The translations under genes and the position numbers were made by a program. From assembly GCA_964589975.1 (NCBI GenBank), contig CAZPVH010000001.1, positions 246,851 through 310,850 of the forward strand: a stretch of DNA of 64,000 bases, written 5' to 3'. The notes beneath the pieces are model-generated. The model was not told the origin of the DNA and ran no database searches. It worked only from the letters and a program-made list of their open reading frames with translations. Shown here piece by piece: positions 56,821 through 64,000 of this stretch. This stretch comes from an uncultured Candidatus Saccharibacteria bacterium. GTDB lineage: Bacteria; Patescibacteriota; Minisyncoccia; Phycocordibacterales; CSBR16-119. The first letter of the stretch is position 1, and every line of letters starts with the position of its first letter.

Positions 56821-57375
56821 TTATTTGCCCATTATGACACCCTCTTTTCCCCTGAAGATTTCTTCCAGCGAGAGATTGGCTTCATCGACTTTTGATTGCA
56901 GATTTTCCTTGGCCCGAATCTTTTCGTCCTCTGACATCTCGCCTTCCCTGGCCTGGCGATCAATCTCGCGGATCATGTTCTCGCGCTCTTTCTTGACGGA
57001 CACCCTGGCATCCTCGAGCTTCGCTTTTATAACCTTCACCAGTTTCTCGCGGTTCTCGGTCGTAAGCATTGGGAATATTACCCTGAGTCCCGTCTGGTCA
57101 ACGGCAACGGAAAGACCGAGGTCAGATTTCAAAATCTCTTTTTCAATTTCTTTCACCTGCTGCTTGTCCCACGGAGTCACTCGGAGAGTCTTCGGGTCCT
57201 CAATTGAAATAGACGCCACGTTTCGAAGTGGCTGCCTGGTGCCATAAGAGTCGACAGAGATTCCGTCCAGAACCATCGGGCTCGCAGCACCGGTATGAAG
57301 GGAAGAATATTCCTTCGTCAGCCAGTCTTTCGTCCCGCGAACGCTGTCTTCGAACGGTTTTAGATTGAATTGCAT
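56821..57375 (-). CDS. frr: ribosome recycling factor
   Basis: 184 aa with an RRF pattern. Its ATG is fused to an arm of repeat copy D. Confidence 0.9.
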   Translation of the reverse strand: MQFNLKPFEDSVRGTKDWLTKEYSSLHTGAASPMVLDGISVDSYGTRQPLRNVASISIEDPKTLRVTPWDKQQVKEIEKEILKSDLGLSVAVDQTGLRVIFPMLTTENREKLVKVIKAKLEDARVSVKKERENMIREIDRQAREGEMSEDEKIRAKENLQSKVDEANLSLEEIFRGKEGVIMGK

Positions 57376-57490
57376 CCCGTTAGAAGCAGGTCGCGGTCTT
57401 TACGCGATCTGCCATGATTAGATTTATAATTGTTACTTTTATTGTCATAAATTTGAATCCTTACTCACGCGACCGCGGCTTCTAACGGGA
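57373..57490. repeat. intergenic inverted-repeat element, copy D
   Basis: Arms CATCCCGTTAGAAGCAGGTCGCGGTC and GCGACCGCGGCTTCTAACGGG, with about 70 bp of AT-rich core. Confidence 0.85.
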
Positions 57491-57569
57491 TTGCATAAGT
57501 AAGAGAATTCTAGCAGAAAAGTCTTTCGAACAAAAGAAGAGCCCCGACGCAACGCCGGGGCCTCGTTCT

Positions 57570-58103
57570 TCATGCTGCGGCCATCCTAATGGAGTAGCTT
57601 CCTTTGCCGGAAATAGCCATCCCGTACAAACCATCCTCGAGATATACGAGAAGTGTCGTATGAAGCGAAACAAAGAACACCTTGCCGCCACTAACGTAGA
57701 CCGAGAGAATCGCTTTTCCGTCCTCGGGCATAAAAGCAGTGTCGCTGTCTTCGTAGATCTCAGCCATGAAGGTCAGAAGCGGGTTTTCCGCCGTAAGCTT
57801 AAAAAGCTCTGACAATCTGTCCTGAATATCTTGTTCGGTCTCACAACCAACCAGCAGTTCGGTCTGCATTTTGATATCCTGGGCAAGATAATAGATCTCC
57901 TGCGAATCATCGTCTTGATACTGGAAGATCCTGACAGGCACCTCGGGCGAATCTTCCTTCTCTTCGTCTGATACGAGATACTGCCCTTCCGTAAGACCTT
58001 GCAGATTTTCTGCGACGAGAGATGAGGCCACGGTATAGAAATATTCTGTCACAACCCGTGACTGCTCTTCGCCTTCCTTGAAGCTAACAGTGAGCTTTTT
58101 CAT
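57570..58103 (-). CDS. acidic hypothetical protein (177 aa)
   Basis: Complete ORF. A hairpin plus T-run lies just upstream. Confidence 0.4.
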   Translation of the reverse strand: MKKLTVSFKEGEEQSRVVTEYFYTVASSLVAENLQGLTEGQYLVSDEEKEDSPEVPVRIFQYQDDDSQEIYYLAQDIKMQTELLVGCETEQDIQDRLSELFKLTAENPLLTFMAEIYEDSDTAFMPEDGKAILSVYVSGGKVFFVSLHTTLLVYLEDGLYGMAISGKGSYSIRMAAA

Positions 58104-58159
58104 GTCGGAGCGGGTTTGGTTTTAGAAAAGCATACGCCTCAGAGAATTTTTGTCAAAAA

Positions 58160-58196
58160 GAAAGAGCCCCAACGTACGAATGTCGGGGCTCAGTGG
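58160..58196 (-). terminator. rho-independent terminator (minus strand) ending an upstream ORF-poor region
   Basis: GAGCCCCGACATTCGTACGTTGGGGCTC followed by TTTCTTTTTG on the minus strand. Confidence 0.55.
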
Positions 58197-58832
58197 AGAC
58201 GTGCTCCATTATCTTCTTTTTGATCTTTCTCTTGGAAAATCCGAGGAGGGTTCATATATCCTCTTCTAATTTCCTAGGTTTCAGCAAGAGATTCTCTAAC
58301 GTCCGCGAGATCAGTCTGCGGGTAGACACTTTCCGATCTGAAAATTCTGCTTATCAAGTTCTAGAACCTCGATCAGCATAGCTTTCATCACGTTCCGTGA
58401 CACATGGTTCGCGGGGATCTTATCCACCGAGACCAAGGCTTTCTATCGTATACCTTTCATGAAGGGTGCGGTGATGTGTGTGAAGAAACGTTTCGAGTTG
58501 CTTCACATCGGGTTAGTGTGGATGATTAGACCACTTTCCAGATTTTGTTCTAGGTTGTCTGGTTTTGATATGCGTCTTTGCCGCTTGGTTGTAGGACGCT
58601 ATGCCTACAAACCTGCGCACAAGGGTCCACCGGTCCCGACGACGTTCTCTGGTGGGGCTTTAGATGTTATTTTGTTCACCTGTGATTAACCTAGACTGAA
58701 CTGACTAAGCGTTCGCACAGCTGAGCTGTGAAGGAACTGTGGGAAATAGCTTAGCACAAAGGCACGGACTTGTCAAGTCTCTTCTTTTATGTCCTTATTT
58801 TAAGCCTTTTTTATAAATCCCCTCTCCGCGGA

Positions 58833-58903
58833 GCAAAATATATATTTCTGAATTCGAGGACCTAGCGAAGCGCTCCCGCAGGACTCAGAAATATATATTT
58901 TGC
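58833..58903. repeat. perfect 19-bp AT-rich inverted repeat with a 33-nt loop
   Basis: GCAAAATATATATTTCTGA ... TCAGAAATATATATTTTGC, directly downstream of the holB stop. Confidence 0.7.
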
Positions 58904-58907
58904 GAAG

Positions 58908-59573
58908 CTATATTGTTACCGCCAAATGCTCCAAAAGTATCTTCGGGCTTGATCCTTGGTCGCCAATGTATTTCTTGGCCAGATATATATCCTCTACTTT
59001 CTTCTTCTCTGGCATCACCACTCCCCTAGAAATCTCCTTTTCAAGCTCCCCCAGAAACCGTAGTGACTTATCTTTCAAAAGCGGCTTTGATTCCATGTCA
59101 GTAAATTTTTTTATAAAGTCCAGGCGCTCCTTTATGCTTCCAGCCAGGAATTTCTTCGCGTCTTTCTTTAGTTCATCTTCGGCGGCAAACTCACCTATTG
59201 TCGCCATAAGCCGCGAGCGAAGCGTTGGGAAAAGTTTCGTCGCGTCCGGCATGAGGAGGAAAAATGTAACTCCGGGTCGAGGCTCTTCGAAAGCTTTGAG
59301 AAGCGCGTTTTGCGCCGGATATGAGAAAGCGAGAGTCTTTAGGATAATGAATCTCTTTTTAGAATTTATATTCATCGCCTCGGACTCGAAGTCTTTGATC
59401 TCGCGGACATGGTCAATGAGGAGATTCTCATAATCCTTCTCAAAAATGTCAGCATTCCCTGTTGTGAGGTAGCCGAGCTCGTCCAGGGACTTCGCGAGTT
59501 CTTTGTAAGACAAATGAATATCACCCTCTATTAGATACGCATGGTGATTTATTCCGTTCTTTAAGATATTCAT
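58908..59573 (-). CDS. holB: DNA polymerase III delta' subunit-like clamp-loader protein
   Basis: AQNALLKAFEEP motif. Start reset to MNILKNG at 59573, fused to an arm of repeat copy E. Confidence 0.7.
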   Translation of the reverse strand: MNILKNGINHHAYLIEGDIHLSYKELAKSLDELGYLTTGNADIFEKDYENLLIDHVREIKDFESEAMNINSKKRFIILKTLAFSYPAQNALLKAFEEPRPGVTFFLLMPDATKLFPTLRSRLMATIGEFAAEDELKKDAKKFLAGSIKERLDFIKKFTDMESKPLLKDKSLRFLGELEKEISRGVVMPEKKKVEDIYLAKKYIGDQGSSPKILLEHLAVTI

Positions 59574-59688
59574 CCCGTTAGAAGCAGGTCGCGGTCGTTC
59601 CGCAATCTCCTTGGCCATAATTTATAAACTTTATATATATTTTCATATTCGGTTTTTTAAATAAATCGCGACCGCGGCTTCTAACGGG
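59571..59688. repeat. intergenic inverted-repeat element, copy E
   Basis: Arms CATCCCGTTAGAAGCAGGTCGCGGTC and CGCGACCGCGGCTTCTAACGGG. Confidence 0.85.
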
Positions 59689-59697
59689 AAGAATCTT

Positions 59698-60711
59698 TTA
59701 TCGTTTAGAAATGATGGACCTCTTGTATGTATCCAAATGCTCGAGCGCGACTCCGGTCCCGCGGACGACGCAGTAGAGAGGCTCGTCGGCCAGACGCGCC
59801 TTCACGCCGATTTTCTGATAGATGAGTTCTGGAAGATTTCTAAGCATGGATGATCCGCCTGTGAGTATTATACCGTGATCAATGATATCCGAGGCAAGCT
59901 CCGGCGGAGTTTCCTGCAAAACGTCTTTGATGGCTTTGATGATTGCTTTGAGTTCTTTGTCGATCGCTTTCACGATCTCGTTTGTCGTAACCTGCGCGGT
60001 CCGTGGCAGACCCTGAACAAAGTCGCGGCCTTTGATGGTGGCAACGAGCGGCTCTTCCATCATGACGGCGCTTCCAATTTTTATTTTTACTTGTTCGGCC
60101 GTGCGATCACCGATAGCCAAGTTAAAAGTCTTCTTTATATAGTCGGCAATAGCCGCGTCGATCTTGTCCCCCGCGACTTTCACAGAGTTAGAAGCAACAA
60201 TTCCTCCGAGCGAGATCACCGCGGCGTCTGTAGTACCTCCACCAATGTCGACAATCATGTGTCCTTCCGATTGATATATAGGAATGCCAGCGCCAATGGC
60301 GGCAAGGATTGGCTCTTTAACAATGTACGCGTTCTTCGCGCCGGCCTTTATCGTCGCTTCCACGACGGCACGGCGTTCGGTCGATGTCACTCCGGCCGGA
60401 ACAGAAACCATCACGTCTGGCTTCCATAGACTGAATGATCCGAGCGCGCGGCCGATGAAGTATTTGAGCATTGCTTCCGTCATGCGGTAGTCCGCGATCA
60501 CGCCGTCTTTCATTGGCCTGTGAGCAATGATATTGTCCGGCGTTCGGCCGATCATGTCTTTGGCCGCCTGACCGATAGCCAAGATCTTATTGTCCTGCTC
60601 CGAAACCGCCACAACGGATGGTTCGTTTAGAATTACTCCCTTACCCGGAACAAAGACCAAAATATTAGCTGTGCCGAGGTCGATTCCAATTTTCTTTGAG
60701 AAAAAATCCAT
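59698..60711 (-). CDS. mreB: rod shape-determining protein MreB
   Basis: GIDLGTAN and the actin-fold motifs. Start reset to MDFFSKK. Confidence 0.9.
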   Translation of the reverse strand: MDFFSKKIGIDLGTANILVFVPGKGVILNEPSVVAVSEQDNKILAIGQAAKDMIGRTPDNIIAHRPMKDGVIADYRMTEAMLKYFIGRALGSFSLWKPDVMVSVPAGVTSTERRAVVEATIKAGAKNAYIVKEPILAAIGAGIPIYQSEGHMIVDIGGGTTDAAVISLGGIVASNSVKVAGDKIDAAIADYIKKTFNLAIGDRTAEQVKIKIGSAVMMEEPLVATIKGRDFVQGLPRTAQVTTNEIVKAIDKELKAIIKAIKDVLQETPPELASDIIDHGIILTGGSSMLRNLPELIYQKIGVKARLADEPLYCVVRGTGVALEHLDTYKRSIISKR

Positions 60712-60804
60712 GTGGGAGGAGTATAGCATTTTTAGTTCGAGGCTATATATGCTTGACTTATTTAAATTTTTATGTTACTATATAGATAAAACAAATTCAA
60801 CCCC

Positions 60805-61011
60805 ATGGTATTACCCACCGAAGCGGAAACGAAAGAGGCACTTGGCGGAATCAAATCCATGATGAAGGGAGTGATCGCCGACGAAGAAATGTTCGCTCTG
60901 TCGGCACAGATCATGATGAAAGCCTATAAGGCTCTGGTAACGGCTGGCTTCAGTAAACGACAAGCGATGCAAATCGTTGCTGGAAAAGGCTTCACCACCG
61001 GCATCAAGTAA
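60805..61011 (+). CDS. hypothetical small protein (68 aa)
   Basis: Followed by a strong terminator. Confidence 0.4.
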   Translation: MVLPTEAETKEALGGIKSMMKGVIADEEMFALSAQIMMKAYKALVTAGFSKRQAMQIVAGKGFTTGIK

Positions 61012-61017
61012 GTACAA

Positions 61018-61058
61018 CCCCGCCCGAAAGCCGCCCGGCTTTCGGGCGGTTTTTCTTT
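61018..61058 (+). terminator. rho-independent terminator T1
   Basis: CGCCCGAAAG-CCGCCCGG-CTTTCGGGCG followed by a T-run. Near-identical to T3 at 62200-62240. Confidence 0.75.
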
Positions 61059-61089
61059 TATTGACTTTAGACAGAATATTATGTAATGT

Positions 61090-61464
61090 ATGCAAAAAAC
61101 AAAATCCACGCACATGCTCATTGGAACCCGCGGACCAGCATTTTCGCTCATCGAAAGAGCCTACATGGATCGAGAAGCCGGCAAGCTGGTGTCGTTCACT
61201 ACTCGTCTCAAAAGCAAGCAAAAGAAAAAGGCTTTGATTGAGGACAAGCCCGGTGAGCCCTCAGACGTGACCTTCCTTGCCAAAGTGAATGGCATCAAGG
61301 ACCATGAGAACGGCTACGCCACGCTTTATGTGAGCATCGACTCAGGTCTCGGCAAGATCACGCAAAGTACAGAGATCCATCATGAGATCCGGACCGGCAT
61401 TGGCCACTGTGAAGTACGACCAGTACTGCGGCCAAAAGAAGATCTGGTCTCAACACATGCCTGA
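61090..61464 (+). CDS. hypothetical protein (124 aa)
   Basis: The TTGACT-N17-TAATGT promoter abuts the first ATG, so the true start may be the Met at 61114. Confidence 0.4.
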   Translation: MQKTKSTHMLIGTRGPAFSLIERAYMDREAGKLVSFTTRLKSKQKKKALIEDKPGEPSDVTFLAKVNGIKDHENGYATLYVSIDSGLGKITQSTEIHHEIRTGIGHCEVRPVLRPKEDLVSTHA

Positions 61465-61475
61465 CCAATATTCAA

Positions 61476-61510
61476 GGGCCGCCCCAGAAATGGGGCGGTT
61501 TTTCTTTATA
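61476..61510 (+). terminator. rho-independent terminator T2
   Basis: CCGCCCCAGAAATGGGGCGG followed by TTTTTCTTT. Confidence 0.7.
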
Positions 61511-61618
61511 TTCATAATATTCTTATACTTGACTTTTTGCTTAATCTATGGTAGTATATACTCAGAAACTCAAGCTAGTTCACCCTCCAAGCATTGCTTG
61601 GTCAAAACCCAAAACAAC

Positions 61619-62191
61619 ATGAAATTCTGGCCCGGACTGATTTTGATCATCGTGGCAGCCTTCGCAATAGTGGCGGGCTTAGTGCTGACAATCGGCTACT
61701 TCATCGAGGACGACCCCACGACGACCCTCCCCTTGCTTGATATAACCATTGGCGGGATACAAGTCGTCATTACTGGTGTCGCCCTTATTGGTCTCGCTGT
61801 GTTCTTGTTTGCTTGTGTTGTCGGCTATCCTTGGCCTTGGCGCCGTAAGTGCAAGTGCGACACCTGCGACAAGACTACCCGCAACGAGAAGAAAGACGGG
61901 GTGGCAATATGTGACGATTGCCAAGAGAAAAAAGACAACGAAGAAGCGCTGGCCAAGTCTGACTTGGTACCGGCGCTATGCTCGGCCGATGGAACAATGA
62001 TGGAACGCAAGTTCCTGCGTGGCATCATCGTCAATACCTGTCCGGCCTGCAAAGGCTCCTGGCTCTATGAGAAGCAAGTGACTGAGCTCAAAGAAAATAT
62101 GAGCAACAGTCGCGAGTCCTCAAGGATAGCTGGTATGAGTATGGGCTTCTTCATCGGAATGATGCTCGGAATGCAGCTTGGTCGGCACTAG
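61619..62191 (+). CDS. membrane protein with a cytoplasmic Cys-rich zinc-ribbon domain (zf-TFIIB-like CPxCxGxW)
   Basis: Two TM helices, CKCDTCDK, CDDC and CPACKGSWLYEKQVTELKE. Start reset to MKFWPG after a TTGACT-N17-TAGTAT promoter. Confidence 0.5.
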   Translation: MKFWPGLILIIVAAFAIVAGLVLTIGYFIEDDPTTTLPLLDITIGGIQVVITGVALIGLAVFLFACVVGYPWPWRRKCKCDTCDKTTRNEKKDGVAICDDCQEKKDNEEALAKSDLVPALCSADGTMMERKFLRGIIVNTCPACKGSWLYEKQVTELKENMSNSRESSRIAGMSMGFFIGMMLGMQLGRH

Positions 62192-62199
62192 CCGATAAC

Positions 62200-62240
62200 A
62201 CCACCCGAAAGCCGCCCGGCCTTCGGGTGGTTTTTCTTTT
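62200..62240 (+). terminator. rho-independent terminator T3
   Basis: CACCCGAAAG-CCGCCCGG-CCTTCGGGTG followed by a T-run. Confidence 0.75.
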
Positions 62241-62281
62241 CCACTTCTTGTGCTATAGATGAGTCAAAACCACCGCTCACA

Positions 62282-62791
62282 ATGGAAGAACCAATAAAAG
62301 CCGTGCCTTGGCACCACGACATTTCTGTCTCAACTGCAGGCCGGATCGAAGATCTGACCGGAATTCCCCGGGAAGGCAGCCGGATCTACAACTGCGTCGA
62401 CCGCTTTAAGCTCGACTGCTGGCACCCCGGCATGCCGAACTTTCGGCCGCACTTGGTAAGCCTCCGGAGGCTGTCGCCGAAGACCGTTCGCGAAAAGCTT
62501 CTGTCTCTTGGACTCGCGCCGGCGACGCTTCGGCAGTACTTTTCCTTGAGGCAAAGCATTGAGTCCCACAAAGACCCGATGGAAAGCCGATCGTTCGTCT
62601 ACGTCGGAGAATTTATCCAGGACTCGATCGGTTCAAGCTGGTGGAAGACTTTCAGTTTCTTCCAAAAAGGAGATGAATACGAAGGGATGCTCTCTTGCGT
62701 CTTCACCCACGATGACAGCTTCCTGAACCCGAGCAGACTGGACCGGGATTACAACTTCCTCCACTACGCCGTGGCGGTACCAATCAGATAA
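62282..62791 (+). CDS. hypothetical protein (169 aa), GC-rich
   Basis: Complete ORF. Confidence 0.4.
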   Translation: MEEPIKAVPWHHDISVSTAGRIEDLTGIPREGSRIYNCVDRFKLDCWHPGMPNFRPHLVSLRRLSPKTVREKLLSLGLAPATLRQYFSLRQSIESHKDPMESRSFVYVGEFIQDSIGSSWWKTFSFFQKGDEYEGMLSCVFTHDDSFLNPSRLDRDYNFLHYAVAVPIR

Positions 62792-62855
62792 AAAGCCCTT
62801 CATTATTGAGGGGCTTTTTGTATGGAGCCGTTTCGGATAAGATGAAGACATGAAT

Positions 62856-62969
62856 CCCGTTAGAGATCTGGTGTTAGGATCCAAAACTGCCCATAAATAA
62901 TATGATCGATAATTATAATGAAAATAGTAGACGAGATACGCAAAATAAAATTTTGCTATCTCTAACGGG
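62856..62969. repeat. intergenic inverted-repeat element, copy F
   Basis: CCCGTTAGAGATC ... GATCTCTAACGGG (13 bp perfect inverted repeat). The right arm is followed directly by ATG at 62970. Confidence 0.75.
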
Positions 62970-64000
62970 ATGAAGCTTATTGAAGCTAGCCCCATATCGT
63001 CAAAAGTCGCCAAAGATTCTTTGACTTATTTCTCTTCGAAAAATGTCGCGGTAGGCGATATTATTTCTGTAGAGGTCAGAAAGAAAAAATACGACGCGCT
63101 GGTGGTGGGCGTTAGTGACGTAAAAGACGCGAAGGGCGAACTCAAGTCCGCTGATTTCGGCATGAAGAAAGTTGAAGCTGTTATGGGCAGCGCGCCATTT
63201 TATCCGGAATTTTTTGATGCGTGCAGAGCGATGCGCGATTACTTTGTCGGCAATCTCGGGCAAATTATTGACTATTTCATCCCCTCAGAATTCCTGGAGC
63301 AATACGAAGCATTGCCTCTGCCCAAGAAAAGAATTGTGGGCGGCGCTTCAGTTTTTCATTTATGCGCCACAGTCCGTGAAGCCGAAAAGAAATTTGAATC
63401 ATTGAAACCCGATTTCGATAATATTTTCCTAATTCATGGAAGCCTGCGAAAGAAAACTCTCATAGAGCGATACACGGAAATCCTTTCACACGACGGACCA
63501 ATCACCGTCATCATGACGCCATCATTCCTTTTTCTGCCCCGCCACGACACAAGATCAATTATTATCGAAAATGATATTGGTGGACACTGGAGCACTATCA
63601 AACGTCCGTATTTCGACTTGCGAGTATTCGCCAAGTATTTGGCGGGCAAACTTGGCGCGAAACTTTCTTACGGAGAGGGACTCGTGTCCGTAGAGACCTA
63701 CCGAGAAACAAAAGCAGCCCCGAAACTTAACCTGGGGCAAAACCCGCAAATCATCGATATGACGAACAAAGAAAACCTCTTCAAGAAGAGCTTCATTATT
63801 TCCAGCAATACAGAGACGATACTTAAAAAAAGCGGGCACACGTTTCTATTTTCGCTCCGAAAGGGCTTGGCGAGCCAAGTCATATGCCACGACTGCAAAC
63901 ATGTCCTCTCTCATGACGACCAGCCCGTCACGCTGCACGAAAAAGATGGCGTACGGGTTTTTCGAAGCGCATATTCGAGAAAAGCTATCGACACAAAGGT
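62970..64000 (+). CDS. priA: primosomal protein N' (PriA)-like, N-terminal 343 aa. Runs off the window end and is not in the ORF track.
   Basis: Hand translation MKLIEASPISSKVAKDSLTYFSS... Collinear by eye with the PriA DNA-binding N-terminus and helicase core (FLIHGSLRK ~ VLHSGLND, IIIENDIGGHW ~ VIVIDEEHDSSY, HDCKH Cys region). No GxxxxGKT and no DEEH. Confidence 0.55.
   Translation, partial: MKLIEASPISSKVAKDSLTYFSSKNVAVGDIISVEVRKKKYDALVVGVSDVKDAKGELKSADFGMKKVEAVMGSAPFYPEFFDACRAMRDYFVGNLGQIIDYFIPSEFLEQYEALPLPKKRIVGGASVFHLCATVREAEKKFESLKPDFDNIFLIHGSLRKKTLIERYTEILSHDGPITVIMTPSFLFLPRHDTRSIIIENDIGGHWSTIKRPYFDLRVFAKYLAGKLGAKLSYGEGLVSVETYRETKAAPKLNLGQNPQIIDMTNKENLFKKSFIISSNTETILKKSGHTFLFSLRKGLASQVICHDCKHVLSHDDQPVTLHEKDGVRVFRSAYSRKAIDTK

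Noticed and set aside
58110-58905. tmRNA, RNase P RNA or SRP RNA in the ORF-poor region
   Set aside because: On either strand I could not find the tmRNA 5' GGGG...3' tRNA-like end or a tag ORF, the RNase P GGAAAGUCCGGGCUCC / ACAGAA motifs, or the SRP GGAAGGAAGCAGC motif. Only weak partial resemblances were seen. Left as an open finding rather than a call.
1-64000. CRISPR arrays, rRNA genes, transposase/integrase genes
   Set aside because: No regularly spaced short direct repeats, no rRNA-like conserved stretches, and no recognisable transposase or integrase ORFs were seen. The repeat elements therefore have no obvious cognate transposase in this window.

Overview
This 64 kb window looks like core chromosome from a small-genome bacterium at about 45% GC. 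It uses canonical TTGACA-N17-TATAAT promoters, has almost no Shine-Dalgarno sequences, and has many short hypothetical genes. A split transketolase, a class I aldolase and a truncated AlaRS are consistent with a CPR/Patescibacteria-like lineage (inference).

Recognisable content:
- A pentose-phosphate/glycolysis cluster: split tkt, rpe, class I fba, rpiB and gap.
- gatB, obg, the dnaK/grpE/dnaJ chaperone set, and a ribosomal block (rpsI-rplM-rplQ-rpoA-rpsD-rpsK-rpsM-rpmJ-infA).
- alaS, mnmA, mltG, rseP, frr, holB-like, mreB, two DnaQ-like exonucleases, rmuC, a Pif1-family helicase, and a priA-like gene that runs off the 3' end of the window.
- One tRNA-Glu(CUC).

Most notable unexplained structure:
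1. A family of about 118 bp intergenic elements in seven copies. Each has roughly 23 bp terminal inverted repeats (CATCCCGTTAGARGCAGGTCGCGGTC) around an AT-rich core, and one arm is fused directly to the ATG of the downstream gene (exonuclease x2, holB, priA-like, frr, grpE, a holin-like gene).
2. A very AT-rich reverse-transcriptase gene next to the tRNA-Glu. It has its own promoter and a roughly 330 nt structured leader ending in a terminator, which is a candidate retron- or defence-RT-type RT/ncRNA unit.
3. A nearly identical promoter/5'UTR module repeated upstream of three unrelated genes in the same tRNA-adjacent island.
4. A duplication of the gap 3' end flanking an inserted 100-aa ORF.
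5. A roughly 750 bp ORF-poor structured region upstream of holB.
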